Source: a virus. Taken from it: DNA of 39,409 nucleotides. The notes under the pieces were generated by a model that did no database searches, was not told where the DNA came from, and saw only the letters and a list, made by a program, of their open reading frames with translations. The position numbers were made by a program, and so were the translations under genes. Location: positions 1-39,409 of the IMG/VR virus record IMGVR_UViG_3300027386_000002; one strand, given 5' to 3'. Every line of letters starts with the position of its first letter. Within the stretch, counting starts at the first letter, position 1. This document shows, in pieces, positions 30,985 to 39,314 of this stretch.

Positions 30985-33900
30985 TTAAATGCCAAGGAAG
31001 TTAAAGAAGCGCCTAATGATTCCCTGAAGTGCCGGGTCGAATTCAAAATCGCCAAAGAAGCCGTCGTCGTTCCTCGGGGCCAAAGAAACCAGTATGCCGG
31101 TGCCGACAGTCGAGAAGGTGTTGGCTTCATGGGGAGCGAGCAAGATGGTAGTGACGCTGAGGCTGACGGGAACGGGTAGCTGAGCAAACTGCGCTTCAAA
31201 CGATTGGATGGTCTGATCGACGGCAGCCCTGTAAGAGCCAACGAACTGCTGGTAGTAGATACGCGCACCCACCTCATAGCCCTGGAAAGAGCCTTGGGGC
31301 TGGCGCAGTTGGGTGTCAATCGAATCGCGCATGCGGCCGGTTACGACTGGACAAAGCTCGCGCAACCGCTGTTCAACCAGCGCGGTGATCTGCATGAGGA
31401 ACTCGAGATTACTGCCTTCGAGGTGCGGCGGCACGAACTCAGTGGTGTTGGGCAAGAACCATACCTCAACGGAAGGGATGCTTTGGCCGTTATCATCGGC
31501 GGGACTTATCGCGGGGACGACGTTGAGGAAGCCCCCGTGGGTGAGGTTCTCTTTGAGGGCGTTTCCTTCCGCGATGGCCGTTGGGATGACGCTGTTGTAG
31601 TCGTCGTCGTCAATCGCGTCAGAGTGGTTCGATCCGATGATGAGGCCGAAGCGTTCGCCTTCTTGATAGGAGTAGATGCCAATGGTGACGTGGAGCAGGC
31701 TACCGGTCACGCCCCCTTGGATGATGCCGAGGATGGAGTTGGCGAGGTTTAGCGCGTCCGTAGCAATAGGGGTGTCGAAGTCGGCCGGGTCCAGCGATGG
31801 GCGAGGGTCGTAGTCTCTGTAGTTGTCCGTATCCGCATCGTCCGGGTCGCCACCAATGATATTGCCGTCTATGTCGTACACGGTGAACTCGCCGGTAGTC
31901 TCGTCCAAGACGGTGAAGTATCCAGTGGCCGGGTCATACGAGAAGTCAGGAGCACCTTCCATCAGGAAGAAGACGCCGTTGCGGTCGATGCCTATCCAGC
32001 GGTCGCCTATCGCGTCGTAGAAGTAGGGGAAGAACCGCTGCCCTATGTCGATGGGGCCCTGATCAACGCGGCCACCGGGCCTCTGACGGGGAACGCCCAT
32101 TTGCGGGGGGATGATGTTGAGGTCTTCGAGCGGGATGGGGTAGCCCTCCTCATCGACGATGACCGGGCGGCCATGCTGATCGAGTCCAATCCAATGGCCA
32201 ATCGTATCGTCGTAATAGATATCGCCGACGTAGGTGTCCGGATCATATTCATCGATGCCGCCGTCGCCAGTTCGGTCTTCCGGGCGGGTTATGTTGGCCC
32301 ATATCGGGTTGCCATTGTCGTCCGTGCCCACCTGTTCGCCGCCGGGGAAGTAGCCTTCGAGGTTCGCTTGGACGACGTGGCGGCCACCGGACTGTTCCTG
32401 GACGAAGTGCCCAATCTCCGGGTCGTAATACATGTTATCGGGCAGCGTGGCGAACATCTGGGCGAGGCGTTGGCGTCCATTGGGCGTCGAGTCGTCCGGC
32501 AGCTCGGTAATGGGTATCGGCGGAGTGCCGTCCGTGAACTCCGCCCGGTCTATCTCGACATAGCCCCGGTTAGAGTCGTAGAAGTAGAGCGTCGGATCTG
32601 ATCCGCCGAGCGGGTTCCTTGGGCTGTCGAATGCACCCCGGGGCGGACGGCCTTCGGTATCGAAGTGGTCTGAGAAGTCCGCTTGAATGACGTGGCGGCC
32701 TTGTGAGTCTATCTCAATGAAGTGCCCAATCTCCGGATCGTAATAGACGTTATCCGGCAGGCTGGAGAACAGGTTGGCGAGGGCGCGGCGTCCGGCGGGC
32801 GTGCTGGCGTCCGGCAACTCCGTGCGGGGGATGGGGCCTTCGCCGTCGGAAAACTCACTGCGATCTATCCTGTAGAGTCCGACGTTCGGGTCGTAGTAGT
32901 AGAGGTCGGGCTGGGCCGGGGAGGCGTCGAAAGAAGGATCGGGCCGATCTTCGTCAACCGGAGTGCCGCCACCGCCACCGGTATCGCCAGTGCCACCGGT
33001 ATCGCCGCTACCAGGAACATCGCTCCTGCCAGTGCCACCGGTATCACCGCTGCCAGTACCGCCCGGGTCGCCGTAATCGTATATGATGACCACGTTGCGG
33101 GGATCAATATCCAAATGGAGGATTTGGAGATAAAGAACAATGACATATTCAATCTCGCTCTCGTGGACTGGCCAGTCGGGGCGACCATAGACGGTGGAAA
33201 CAAGGTCAGAATAGCGTACCTGTAATTCAACGTCGTCGTCGTCATCTACTGTCGTGGGCTTGGCCGCGATGAAGCCAGCGGGATTGGCACCCGGGCTCTC
33301 ATCCTCGTCGTCATCATCGTCGTCCGAGGGGGTCTGGCCTAACGTTCCTCCTTGCTGAATCTCGATCTGACGGCGACGTTCATCCTCTTCACGCTGTCTG
33401 CGCCGCCGATCCTCTTCCTCTTGTTGACGCCGTAGAATCTCTTGCTCTATAAGCTCCTGTCGGCGTCGTTCCTCTTCGGCGCGCCGCCGGTCTTCTTCCG
33501 CTTGGCGGCGTCGTTCGGCCTCCGCTGCTTGGCGGCGTCGTATCTCATCTTCCAGCGCTTGCAGGCGACGCCGTTCTTCTTCGGCCTCCTCTTCGCGCCT
33601 GCGTTCTTCTTCCTCGCGACGCCGCCGTTCCTCTTCTTCTTCCTGTTCACGCCGCCGGCGGTCCGCCTCCTCCTGTGCCCGTCGTTCGCGCCGCCGTCTA
33701 TCCGCCTCCTGCTGTGCACGTCGTCGCCGGTCGGCCTCTTCCTGTGCACGTCGTTCGCGCTCTTCTTGTTCGCGTTGCTCTCGTTCGCGCCGGCGGCGGT
33801 CGGCCTCCTCCTGGATCAGTCTATCCCGCTCCTCCCGGTCTCGGTCGCGCTGTTCTTGTTCGCGACGCTCTCGTTCCTCTTGTTCGCGCCGCCGCCGTTC

Positions 33901-34581
33901 CGCTTCTTGTTCGCGCCGTTCCCGCTCTTCTTCCTCGCGCCGTTCCCGTTCCTCGCGCCGCCGCCGTTCCTCAATCTGACGGCGCATCTCCTCTTCGCGC
34001 CGACGACGATCCTCTAATTCGCGGTCTTCGCGTTCCTGCTCCGCTTCCCGCCGCCGGTCTTCTTCCTCCTCAGCCTCAAGACGTCGCCGTTCCTCTTCGG
34101 CTTCCCGTCGCTCCCGTTCAGCTTCGCGCTCCTCTTCCTCCCGTTCGCGCCGTTCATCTTCCTCTTCTTGACGCTGACGTTCCTCCTCATCATCATCGTC
34201 ATCACCAGAAGGGGTGCGGGGCTGGCCCAGTGTTCGCCGTTGTTCCGCTTCGATTCGACGCCGACGTTCTTCGGCCTCTCTTCGCGCCCTCAGTTCGCGT
34301 TGTCTGCGCTCCTGTTCCTCGTAGGCTTCTATAGCCGCACGGCGACGACGGTCGGCCTCATTTCGACGCCTATCTTCCGCCTGGCGCCTCTGAATCTCAA
34401 GGATAGGGTTAGAACCGCCGGCCGCTTCGTCCGAGTCGAAGCGCTCAAGGTCATCACCACCGGCGGGCTCGTCCGAGTCGAAGCGCTCAAGGTCATTGAG
34501 TTGACCGCCGCCAACGTCATCGGGGTCTTGGCCACTCGAACGGGTGATAATCACCTCGTTGGGATGAAACCAACGGGCCAT
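30985..34581 (-). CDS. Large virion protein (1198 aa): Glu/Arg-only helical segment, Gly-rich linker, tandem beta-hairpin repeat modules and a C-terminal globular domain; possible internal/ejection or tail-needle protein
   Basis: Its start forms a TGATG overlap with the upstream stop. Residues about 62-430 are almost exclusively E/R/Q/A/D. GDTGGTG repeats follow, then YYDPEIGHF-type repeats. The gene order does not fit a canonical tape measure. Confidence 0.7.
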   Translation of the reverse strand: MARWFHPNEVIITRSSGQDPDDVGGGQLNDLERFDSDEPAGGDDLERFDSDEAAGGSNPILEIQRRQAEDRRRNEADRRRRAAIEAYEEQERRQRELRARREAEERRRRIEAEQRRTLGQPRTPSGDDDDDEEERQRQEEEDERREREEEEREAERERREAEEERRRLEAEEEEDRRREAEQEREDRELEDRRRREEEMRRQIEERRRREERERREEEERERREQEAERRRREQEERERREQEQRDRDREERDRLIQEEADRRRREREQREQEERERRAQEEADRRRRAQQEADRRRRERRAQEEADRRRREQEEEEERRRREEEERRREEEAEEERRRLQALEDEIRRRQAAEAERRRQAEEDRRRAEEERRRQELIEQEILRRQQEEEDRRRRQREEDERRRQIEIQQGGTLGQTPSDDDDDDEDESPGANPAGFIAAKPTTVDDDDDVELQVRYSDLVSTVYGRPDWPVHESEIEYVIVLYLQILHLDIDPRNVVIIYDYGDPGGTGSGDTGGTGRSDVPGSGDTGGTGDTGGGGGTPVDEDRPDPSFDASPAQPDLYYYDPNVGLYRIDRSEFSDGEGPIPRTELPDASTPAGRRALANLFSSLPDNVYYDPEIGHFIEIDSQGRHVIQADFSDHFDTEGRPPRGAFDSPRNPLGGSDPTLYFYDSNRGYVEIDRAEFTDGTPPIPITELPDDSTPNGRQRLAQMFATLPDNMYYDPEIGHFVQEQSGGRHVVQANLEGYFPGGEQVGTDDNGNPIWANITRPEDRTGDGGIDEYDPDTYVGDIYYDDTIGHWIGLDQHGRPVIVDEEGYPIPLEDLNIIPPQMGVPRQRPGGRVDQGPIDIGQRFFPYFYDAIGDRWIGIDRNGVFFLMEGAPDFSYDPATGYFTVLDETTGEFTVYDIDGNIIGGDPDDADTDNYRDYDPRPSLDPADFDTPIATDALNLANSILGIIQGGVTGSLLHVTIGIYSYQEGERFGLIIGSNHSDAIDDDDYNSVIPTAIAEGNALKENLTHGGFLNVVPAISPADDNGQSIPSVEVWFLPNTTEFVPPHLEGSNLEFLMQITALVEQRLRELCPVVTGRMRDSIDTQLRQPQGSFQGYEVGARIYYQQFVGSYRAAVDQTIQSFEAQFAQLPVPVSLSVTTILLAPHEANTFSTVGTGILVSLAPRNDDGFFGDFEFDPALQGIIRRFFNFLGI

Positions 34582-36731
34582 CAGGTTGTCTCATAGGTCA
34601 CATCGAGCTGCATCCGGCCATCCCTCGAGCTGGCCGTAGCACCGGATTGCCAGTCGCAGGTCAGCCAGAGGTACGCACCGTCGAGGCCGTTGGCTTGGGC
34701 GGGCGTGAGGGTGTAATCGAAGGAGACATCGCCGGCGGGCTGGAAGCTGCCGCTGTCTCTGAGCAGGGTCGCTCCGGACACGCTGTTCCATCCCGGCCAA
34801 GGGGAGGCGGGTTGCGGCGGGGCGTTTTGAGACGAGAAGAGGCGAAACCGGCAGCCTCTGTTAGTGTTGGCCGTCATCCTAACGCGCAGTCCAGAGATGC
34901 GGTGTCCGTCCAGGGCCAAGAGGCGGTAGTAGGAGGCCAACAGGCGGTCGTACACGCGGGCGTGGCCAGTGACCAGGTCGGAGGCCAGCGGGGTGGCGAC
35001 GATGATGTTCTCGGTGCGGAGCGGGTAGTTGTCGCGAGTCTGGAAGAGCTGACCGGCCTGAGAGACCTGAGAGAAATAGGTCTCGGTGAAGGTGGCCTCC
35101 TCCCGGTCTTTGATGCGGGCGGCCACCACCGCGAGGCTGCGCGAGCCCCAGTCCAGTTGCGTCTCCTCGACGAGGTAGTAGCGTTCATCGGCGACGGAGC
35201 CGAAGTCAATTAGGTCGCCCGGCAGCACGTCGCCCATCGGCAGGCGCAGCGAGAATCCAAACAGCGCGACCGGGTCCTCTTCCGTCCAGCGCGACCAGCG
35301 CTCGGAGCCGAGGCCCTCGACGAAGCGCGTGCGGGCGAGCTGGCGGTCGGGCTGGGAGCACCAGCGGAAGCGCCGCTCATCCTCGATGATGCCGAATTCT
35401 TCTTGGTCGGCGGCATTGTCGATGGTGGTGCTGTTGGCGTAGAGCTGCCGCCTTTCGGCGTTGAGGACCAAGGGGTACTGTCCGAAGGGCGCGTTGACGC
35501 GGTTGGCGTACAGCGGGTGGGGGCCGAGGATGCGTATGTCATCACCACCGGCGGGATTCTTCAAAAGCCAGCCCGGGTCAACGGGTCGGCGCAGGTCATC
35601 GGCGGACGGCTCGAGGACAAAGCGGTCGGCCACCGACCAGACGGGTTCCTCCCCGGCGGGGGTGTTGGCTTGGCCGTGCCTCCTGTTGCCGTCTATCTGG
35701 CGGATGATGACCCCGTACTCGTCGGCTATCTCCCCGGCGGCCACCCCGACTTCCTCCGGTCCTTCGATGAAGGTGTAGATGTTGACGCCGCCGCGAAACT
35801 GGAAAGGGGCCGCGGCAATAAGGCCGTGGGCGTCGAGCGCCGCGGCGGGTTGGTTGGCCTTGTAGCGCAAGAGCCAGTAGATGACCTGTCCGGCCTCGCC
35901 GACGAGCTCGTTGGCGGCCAGCCCGGGCAGTGGGCGAGCCGCCGTGGTGGTGATGCCGCTGCCGGCGTACCACAAAAGCGTCTCCTCGTTATGCTCGATC
36001 CTGTCGCCTTGGCTGTCCTCGCGGTGCGCCCCGATCCACAGCGCCCTGTCCTCGTCCACGTCATCCGAGTAGCTGTCCTCGGCGGTGTAGGGATTGAAGA
36101 AGACTTCCCCGAAGATGTTGGGGCCGCCGGTGAGGGGCAGGTTGCCCAGCGCCCAGCTCAGCGCCCCGCCGACGCGCCCTATGCAGTTCATGGGGAACAG
36201 CTCCGCGGAGATGGAGCGGGCGGCGCTGTCGCCGAACAGGATGGGGTACGGAAGGCCGCGGGTGCTTTCCGGCGCGCTATCGGAGTCAATCAGGTCCGTG
36301 AGGATGGGGAAGGACTGGTAGGACAGCGGCCCGGACAGGAACAGGCGGCAGCGGCTGCCGTCGCGGCTGGGCGACGGCGTCCAGTTGGTGGGGACGAAGC
36401 CCCGCCAGGTATAGACGGAGCTGGCGTGGTTGCCGACGGTGGATTTGCGATAATCATCCGGGCTGTTGCCCTGCCCGATGCGGACCGTAACGGCCTTGCC
36501 GGACAGGTCGTAGGTGTCGTGGAGGGCGTCTATGTCCGCGAACGAGACGTCGAGCCAGTCGGTGGGGCGACGGCCGGGACGCCCGAACTCGTTGGCCGAC
36601 TGGCGCAGGGAGGCGTCGTGGACGGTGAAGTTGCCGTAGTTGGTGCCGTCTTCGAGCACCTTGCGGCGGTCGGAGCCCCGGAGCGTGACATTGGGCGTGG
36701 CGGCTATCTCAACGAGTATCTCGACGGTCAC
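34581..36731 (-). CDS. Large tail structural protein (716 aa from a GTG that overlaps the upstream stop as GTGA); nozzle or host-specificity-like
   Basis: The track ORF extends to 36863 but overlaps the upstream gene. The GTG at 36731 forms a GTGA overlap with the stop of 36728-37486. The call rests on size and position only. Confidence 0.65.
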   Translation of the reverse strand: MTVEILVEIAATPNVTLRGSDRRKVLEDGTNYGNFTVHDASLRQSANEFGRPGRRPTDWLDVSFADIDALHDTYDLSGKAVTVRIGQGNSPDDYRKSTVGNHASSVYTWRGFVPTNWTPSPSRDGSRCRLFLSGPLSYQSFPILTDLIDSDSAPESTRGLPYPILFGDSAARSISAELFPMNCIGRVGGALSWALGNLPLTGGPNIFGEVFFNPYTAEDSYSDDVDEDRALWIGAHREDSQGDRIEHNEETLLWYAGSGITTTAARPLPGLAANELVGEAGQVIYWLLRYKANQPAAALDAHGLIAAAPFQFRGGVNIYTFIEGPEEVGVAAGEIADEYGVIIRQIDGNRRHGQANTPAGEEPVWSVADRFVLEPSADDLRRPVDPGWLLKNPAGGDDIRILGPHPLYANRVNAPFGQYPLVLNAERRQLYANSTTIDNAADQEEFGIIEDERRFRWCSQPDRQLARTRFVEGLGSERWSRWTEEDPVALFGFSLRLPMGDVLPGDLIDFGSVADERYYLVEETQLDWGSRSLAVVAARIKDREEATFTETYFSQVSQAGQLFQTRDNYPLRTENIIVATPLASDLVTGHARVYDRLLASYYRLLALDGHRISGLRVRMTANTNRGCRFRLFSSQNAPPQPASPWPGWNSVSGATLLRDSGSFQPAGDVSFDYTLTPAQANGLDGAYLWLTCDWQSGATASSRDGRMQLDVTYETT

Positions 36732-37486
36732 ACCAGTATCTCCGTGAAGGTGAAGTCGACGTCCGAGCGCAGTCCAGCCCGCTCCGTGCCGCTGATGGCC
36801 ACCGAGCCCATGCGCCAGTCGCCGCGCTCTATCTCGAACATGAGGATGGGAAGCGACGCCCATTGCTCGATGAGCTGTTGGTCGGCGGCAGCCGCGTCCA
36901 AGGCCACGTAGCGGAAGACGGAGTACTCGCCCTGGCGGATGGGCGGCGCATAAGGGTCGACGACGCGGGAGCGGTTCTGGCGGCGCTCGAGCGAGCCGCG
37001 TATCTCGCGCCCGAGCTGCTGTACTTGGCCGGGCTGGACGAAGCCGACGACGGTGCGGAAGGAGCGGGGCTGGGCTATCTGGTAGCGGATGGTCCGGAGG
37101 TCTCTGGTCTGTGTGGCCTCGTCAACGCGCAGGGAGGGGATGCCGGAAAGGTCGAGCTGGACGATGGGGACGGTCTCTTCCACGGCACCGGTGCTGCTGC
37201 GGAGGCGCACGGCGACGGCCTGCGCGGACAGCCGGTAGAACAGGGAGGCGATGGCGTTGATGGGCCGGTCGGTGGTTGACAGGTGCTCTATGTTCCACGT
37301 GATGGCGTTGGCTACGTCCAGGCCGGAGGTGTAGAAGCGCAGCAGCGGGTCGAAGTTGGCCAGGTTCTCCTTGACGGACGGCTCCTCCCCATCGACGGTC
37401 TCGGTCAAGGAGCCGCTGGACAGGGTCGAGGTGACGACACTAAAGGCCCGGTCCGGGATGAACGCGCGGGGGTAGTGGTCGGCCAT
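36728..37486 (-). CDS. Tail structural protein (252 aa), possibly a distant paralog of its neighbour
   Basis: Its start forms a TGATG overlap with the upstream stop. It has a similar length and beta-rich character. Confidence 0.65.
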   Translation of the reverse strand: MADHYPRAFIPDRAFSVVTSTLSSGSLTETVDGEEPSVKENLANFDPLLRFYTSGLDVANAITWNIEHLSTTDRPINAIASLFYRLSAQAVAVRLRSSTGAVEETVPIVQLDLSGIPSLRVDEATQTRDLRTIRYQIAQPRSFRTVVGFVQPGQVQQLGREIRGSLERRQNRSRVVDPYAPPIRQGEYSVFRYVALDAAAADQQLIEQWASLPILMFEIERGDWRMGSVAISGTERAGLRSDVDFTFTEILV

Positions 37487-38256
37487 CAGGTTGAGGGTAC
37501 CACTTCCTGCAAGCGGAGCCGGGCGTCGCTGTAGTCGCTGAACTGACGGTCCGTGATCACCAGCGGCCCGTCCACGAACCCGTACACGACATCATCGGAC
37601 TGGGTGTCGTCGTAGAAGACTATCGAGGAGGTGGCGTTGGTGGCCCGGTAGAGGTCGCGAAGCTCGTCGCGCTCGATCCGGGAAAGGGCCGTCCAGGTGA
37701 TGTTGACCTCGCGGAACAGGGCGCGGCTGCTGGAGGGTATCTGGATGCCGCGCGGAAGGCGCTCGAAGCGCAAGCGGCCGAGGTTAATGCGGACGGACTG
37801 GGGAAGGGCCTGCGGGCTGACGAGCTCACCAGCGATGATGAGCGCCGTCTCGAGGCGACGGCTGGCCGCGACCTGGGGAAAGACGACCTGTATGCGGCGA
37901 ACGCCGGTGTAGGTCTGCGCGAACAGCCGGTGGGCCGACTGGCCAGAGACGAGAGCCTGTGCGGTCTGACCGTTGTTGATGACCTGGTTGCCAGCGGTCG
38001 GCAGCAGGTTGATGGTGGCCTGACCGGTGACGTTGGGGTCGATGATGGAGACGAAGTTAATCCGCTGGTCGGCTCCGGCGGTGAGCGTGACGGTATAAGC
38101 CTGAGCCGCGGCGCGGGCGTTGGTGATGAGGCGACGGCGGAGGTTGACGTCCCGTATGTCAGCAGCGCGAGAGGATTCGGATAGGTCGTCCGGCGTGACG
38201 ACGACGGCGACCCCATCGGCGTTGAAGGGGAAAGAGGTTGCGAGTGAGATGGCCAT
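37486..38256 (-). CDS. Tail structural protein (256 aa), paralog of the 3157-3909 product
   Basis: It is the first gene of the tail operon. The conserved blocks are listed under 3157-3909. Confidence 0.7.
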   Translation of the reverse strand: MAISLATSFPFNADGVAVVVTPDDLSESSRAADIRDVNLRRRLITNARAAAQAYTVTLTAGADQRINFVSIIDPNVTGQATINLLPTAGNQVINNGQTAQALVSGQSAHRLFAQTYTGVRRIQVVFPQVAASRRLETALIIAGELVSPQALPQSVRINLGRLRFERLPRGIQIPSSSRALFREVNITWTALSRIERDELRDLYRATNATSSIVFYDDTQSDDVVYGFVDGPLVITDRQFSDYSDARLRLQEVVPST

Positions 38257-38353
38257 GGATTCTCTGTCCTGTTAGAGGTTCCTCTAATATAATGAGTGAT
38301 TTAGAACAGAAAAGGAGCGAAACAGGGTGACAAGGCTGCAAGAGAGGCGCGAA

Positions 38354-38429
38354 TTTTATCAGTTTTCGTCGATTTTGGCGATGTTTTGAGAGAATTCGGC
38401 CATCTTTTTGGCCAAAATATCGCCGTTTT
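38354..38429. other. Helically phased T4-5 tracts (predicted intrinsic DNA bend)
   Basis: T tracts occur at 38354, 38363, 38373, 38384, 38404 and 38426, with the first four spaced 9-11 bp apart. They lie upstream of the tail operon start. Confidence 0.5.
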
Positions 38430-38599
38430 GGCAACGGAATGGGCCGAGAATGGCCGCACGTCTAGTGCATATCTACGAATTTTGATGTAGATATCGGGGA
38501 TTTTTCCTGTATATGAATCGTATATACAATCTTGGTGGAGAGAAGCGGAGGAGGGGCTGTGGGGACAAAGATACACTGGTTAGTGTCGGATTTAGGCTA

Positions 38600-38759
38600 T
38601 TAACGCCCGTTTTGTTTCACTAGGCATATGATACCCTACGCACGCACGCGTATAGAAAAGCAAAATGGTAAATTACACAATATTGTGTATATAACGCGCA
38701 CGCGCACGCGCAGGGAAAGCACCTGGGCAATATGCCTAGTGAAGCAAGATGGGCGTTAA
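38600..38759. promoter_or_regulatory. Nested dyad-symmetry element: 30-bp imperfect inverted repeat arms around (CG/CA)n tracts and a central perfect 16-bp palindrome
   Basis: The arms are ttaacgcccgttttgtttcactaggcatat (38600-38629) and atatgcctagtgaagcaagatgggcgttaa (38730-38759). The centre is TACACAATATTGTGTA (38674-38689). The flanking tracts are acgcacgcacgcg and acgcgcacgcgcacgcgc. Confidence 0.8.
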
Positions 38760-38788
38760 TTGCTGGATTACGTTAGATTACGTAGTAT
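38760..38788 (+). promoter_or_regulatory. Candidate sigma70-type promoter TTGCTG-17 nt-TAGTAT for the zinc-finger gene
   Basis: It abuts the right arm of the dyad element. Its spacer contains gattacgt twice. Confidence 0.4.
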
Positions 38789-38813
38789 TATGTCCATTAA
38801 TAGGAGGCGTCTA

Positions 38814-39314
38814 ATGATGACCCAATGCGAAGGATGTAGCGTTCTAATAAGCCAGCCAGCAAAGGGAAGGCGTAGGAGATTCTGTAGCGATGCTTGTAGG
38901 AAAAGACTGCGTCGTATAGAGAACGGTCCTAACTATCCCGTAATAGAGTGCGCCAATGAAGGATGCACAGAGCGCTTTGAGAAGTGGAGCCATAACCACC
39001 GATTCTGTTCGGCTACCTGTAGGAATGCGGCCCAGTATCGGCGCAATAAGCCCCCATCAGAGGAAGTATGGATAGAGTGCGCTTCTGAATGGTGCAATGA
39101 GCATTTCAAGCGCGTCCACCCAAACCAGCGCTATTGTAGCGCTTCTTGTAGAGGCGGCGATATATCCATGTTCGGCGATCCATTGCCAGAAGATTGGGGA
39201 GAGCGGCTGGAGGAGAAGGCTAATCAGCGGCGAGCGTCTAATGGAAGACCCATAAAGCCCGGACAAGGATACTCTTTACCCTATCCGGGGCGAGCGGCTA
39301 ATGGAGAAGACTAA
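38814..39314 (+). CDS. Triple FCS/TRASH-like zinc-finger protein (166 aa)
   Basis: AGGAGG lies 5 nt before ATG 38814. It has three repeats of C-x2-C-x11-13-(F/Y)CS-x2-CR: CEGC...RFCSDACR, CANEGC...RFCSATCR and CASEWC...RYCSASCR. Confidence 0.7.
   Translation: MMTQCEGCSVLISQPAKGRRRRFCSDACRKRLRRIENGPNYPVIECANEGCTERFEKWSHNHRFCSATCRNAAQYRRNKPPSEEVWIECASEWCNEHFKRVHPNQRYCSASCRGGDISMFGDPLPEDWGERLEEKANQRRASNGRPIKPGQGYSLPYPGRAANGED

Noticed and set aside
33442-34334. Plus-strand ORFs (191 and 219 aa) opposite the Glu/Arg-rich segment
   Set aside because: These are low-complexity Leu/Phe/Pro/Ala mirror translations of GAG/CGN repeats. The minus-strand frame is continuous with flanking globular domains.
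30985-34581. The 1198-aa protein as a canonical tape-measure protein
   Set aside because: It is encoded after, not before, the baseplate or nozzle-like genes. No tail tube or chaperone frameshift genes are present, and the C-terminal two-thirds is beta-repeat rich rather than helical.
35403-36911. A 502-aa plus-strand ORF, with similar long ORFs at 34647-35213 and 36863-37279, antisense to the tail genes
   Set aside because: These are Gly/Val/Ala/Arg-rich shadow ORFs of high-GC minus-strand genes. They have no RBS and conflict with a translationally coupled minus-strand operon.
38301-38576. A 91-aa minus-strand ORF upstream of the tail operon
   Set aside because: It lies in AT-rich regulatory DNA with phased T-tracts. 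It has an odd composition and no RBS.
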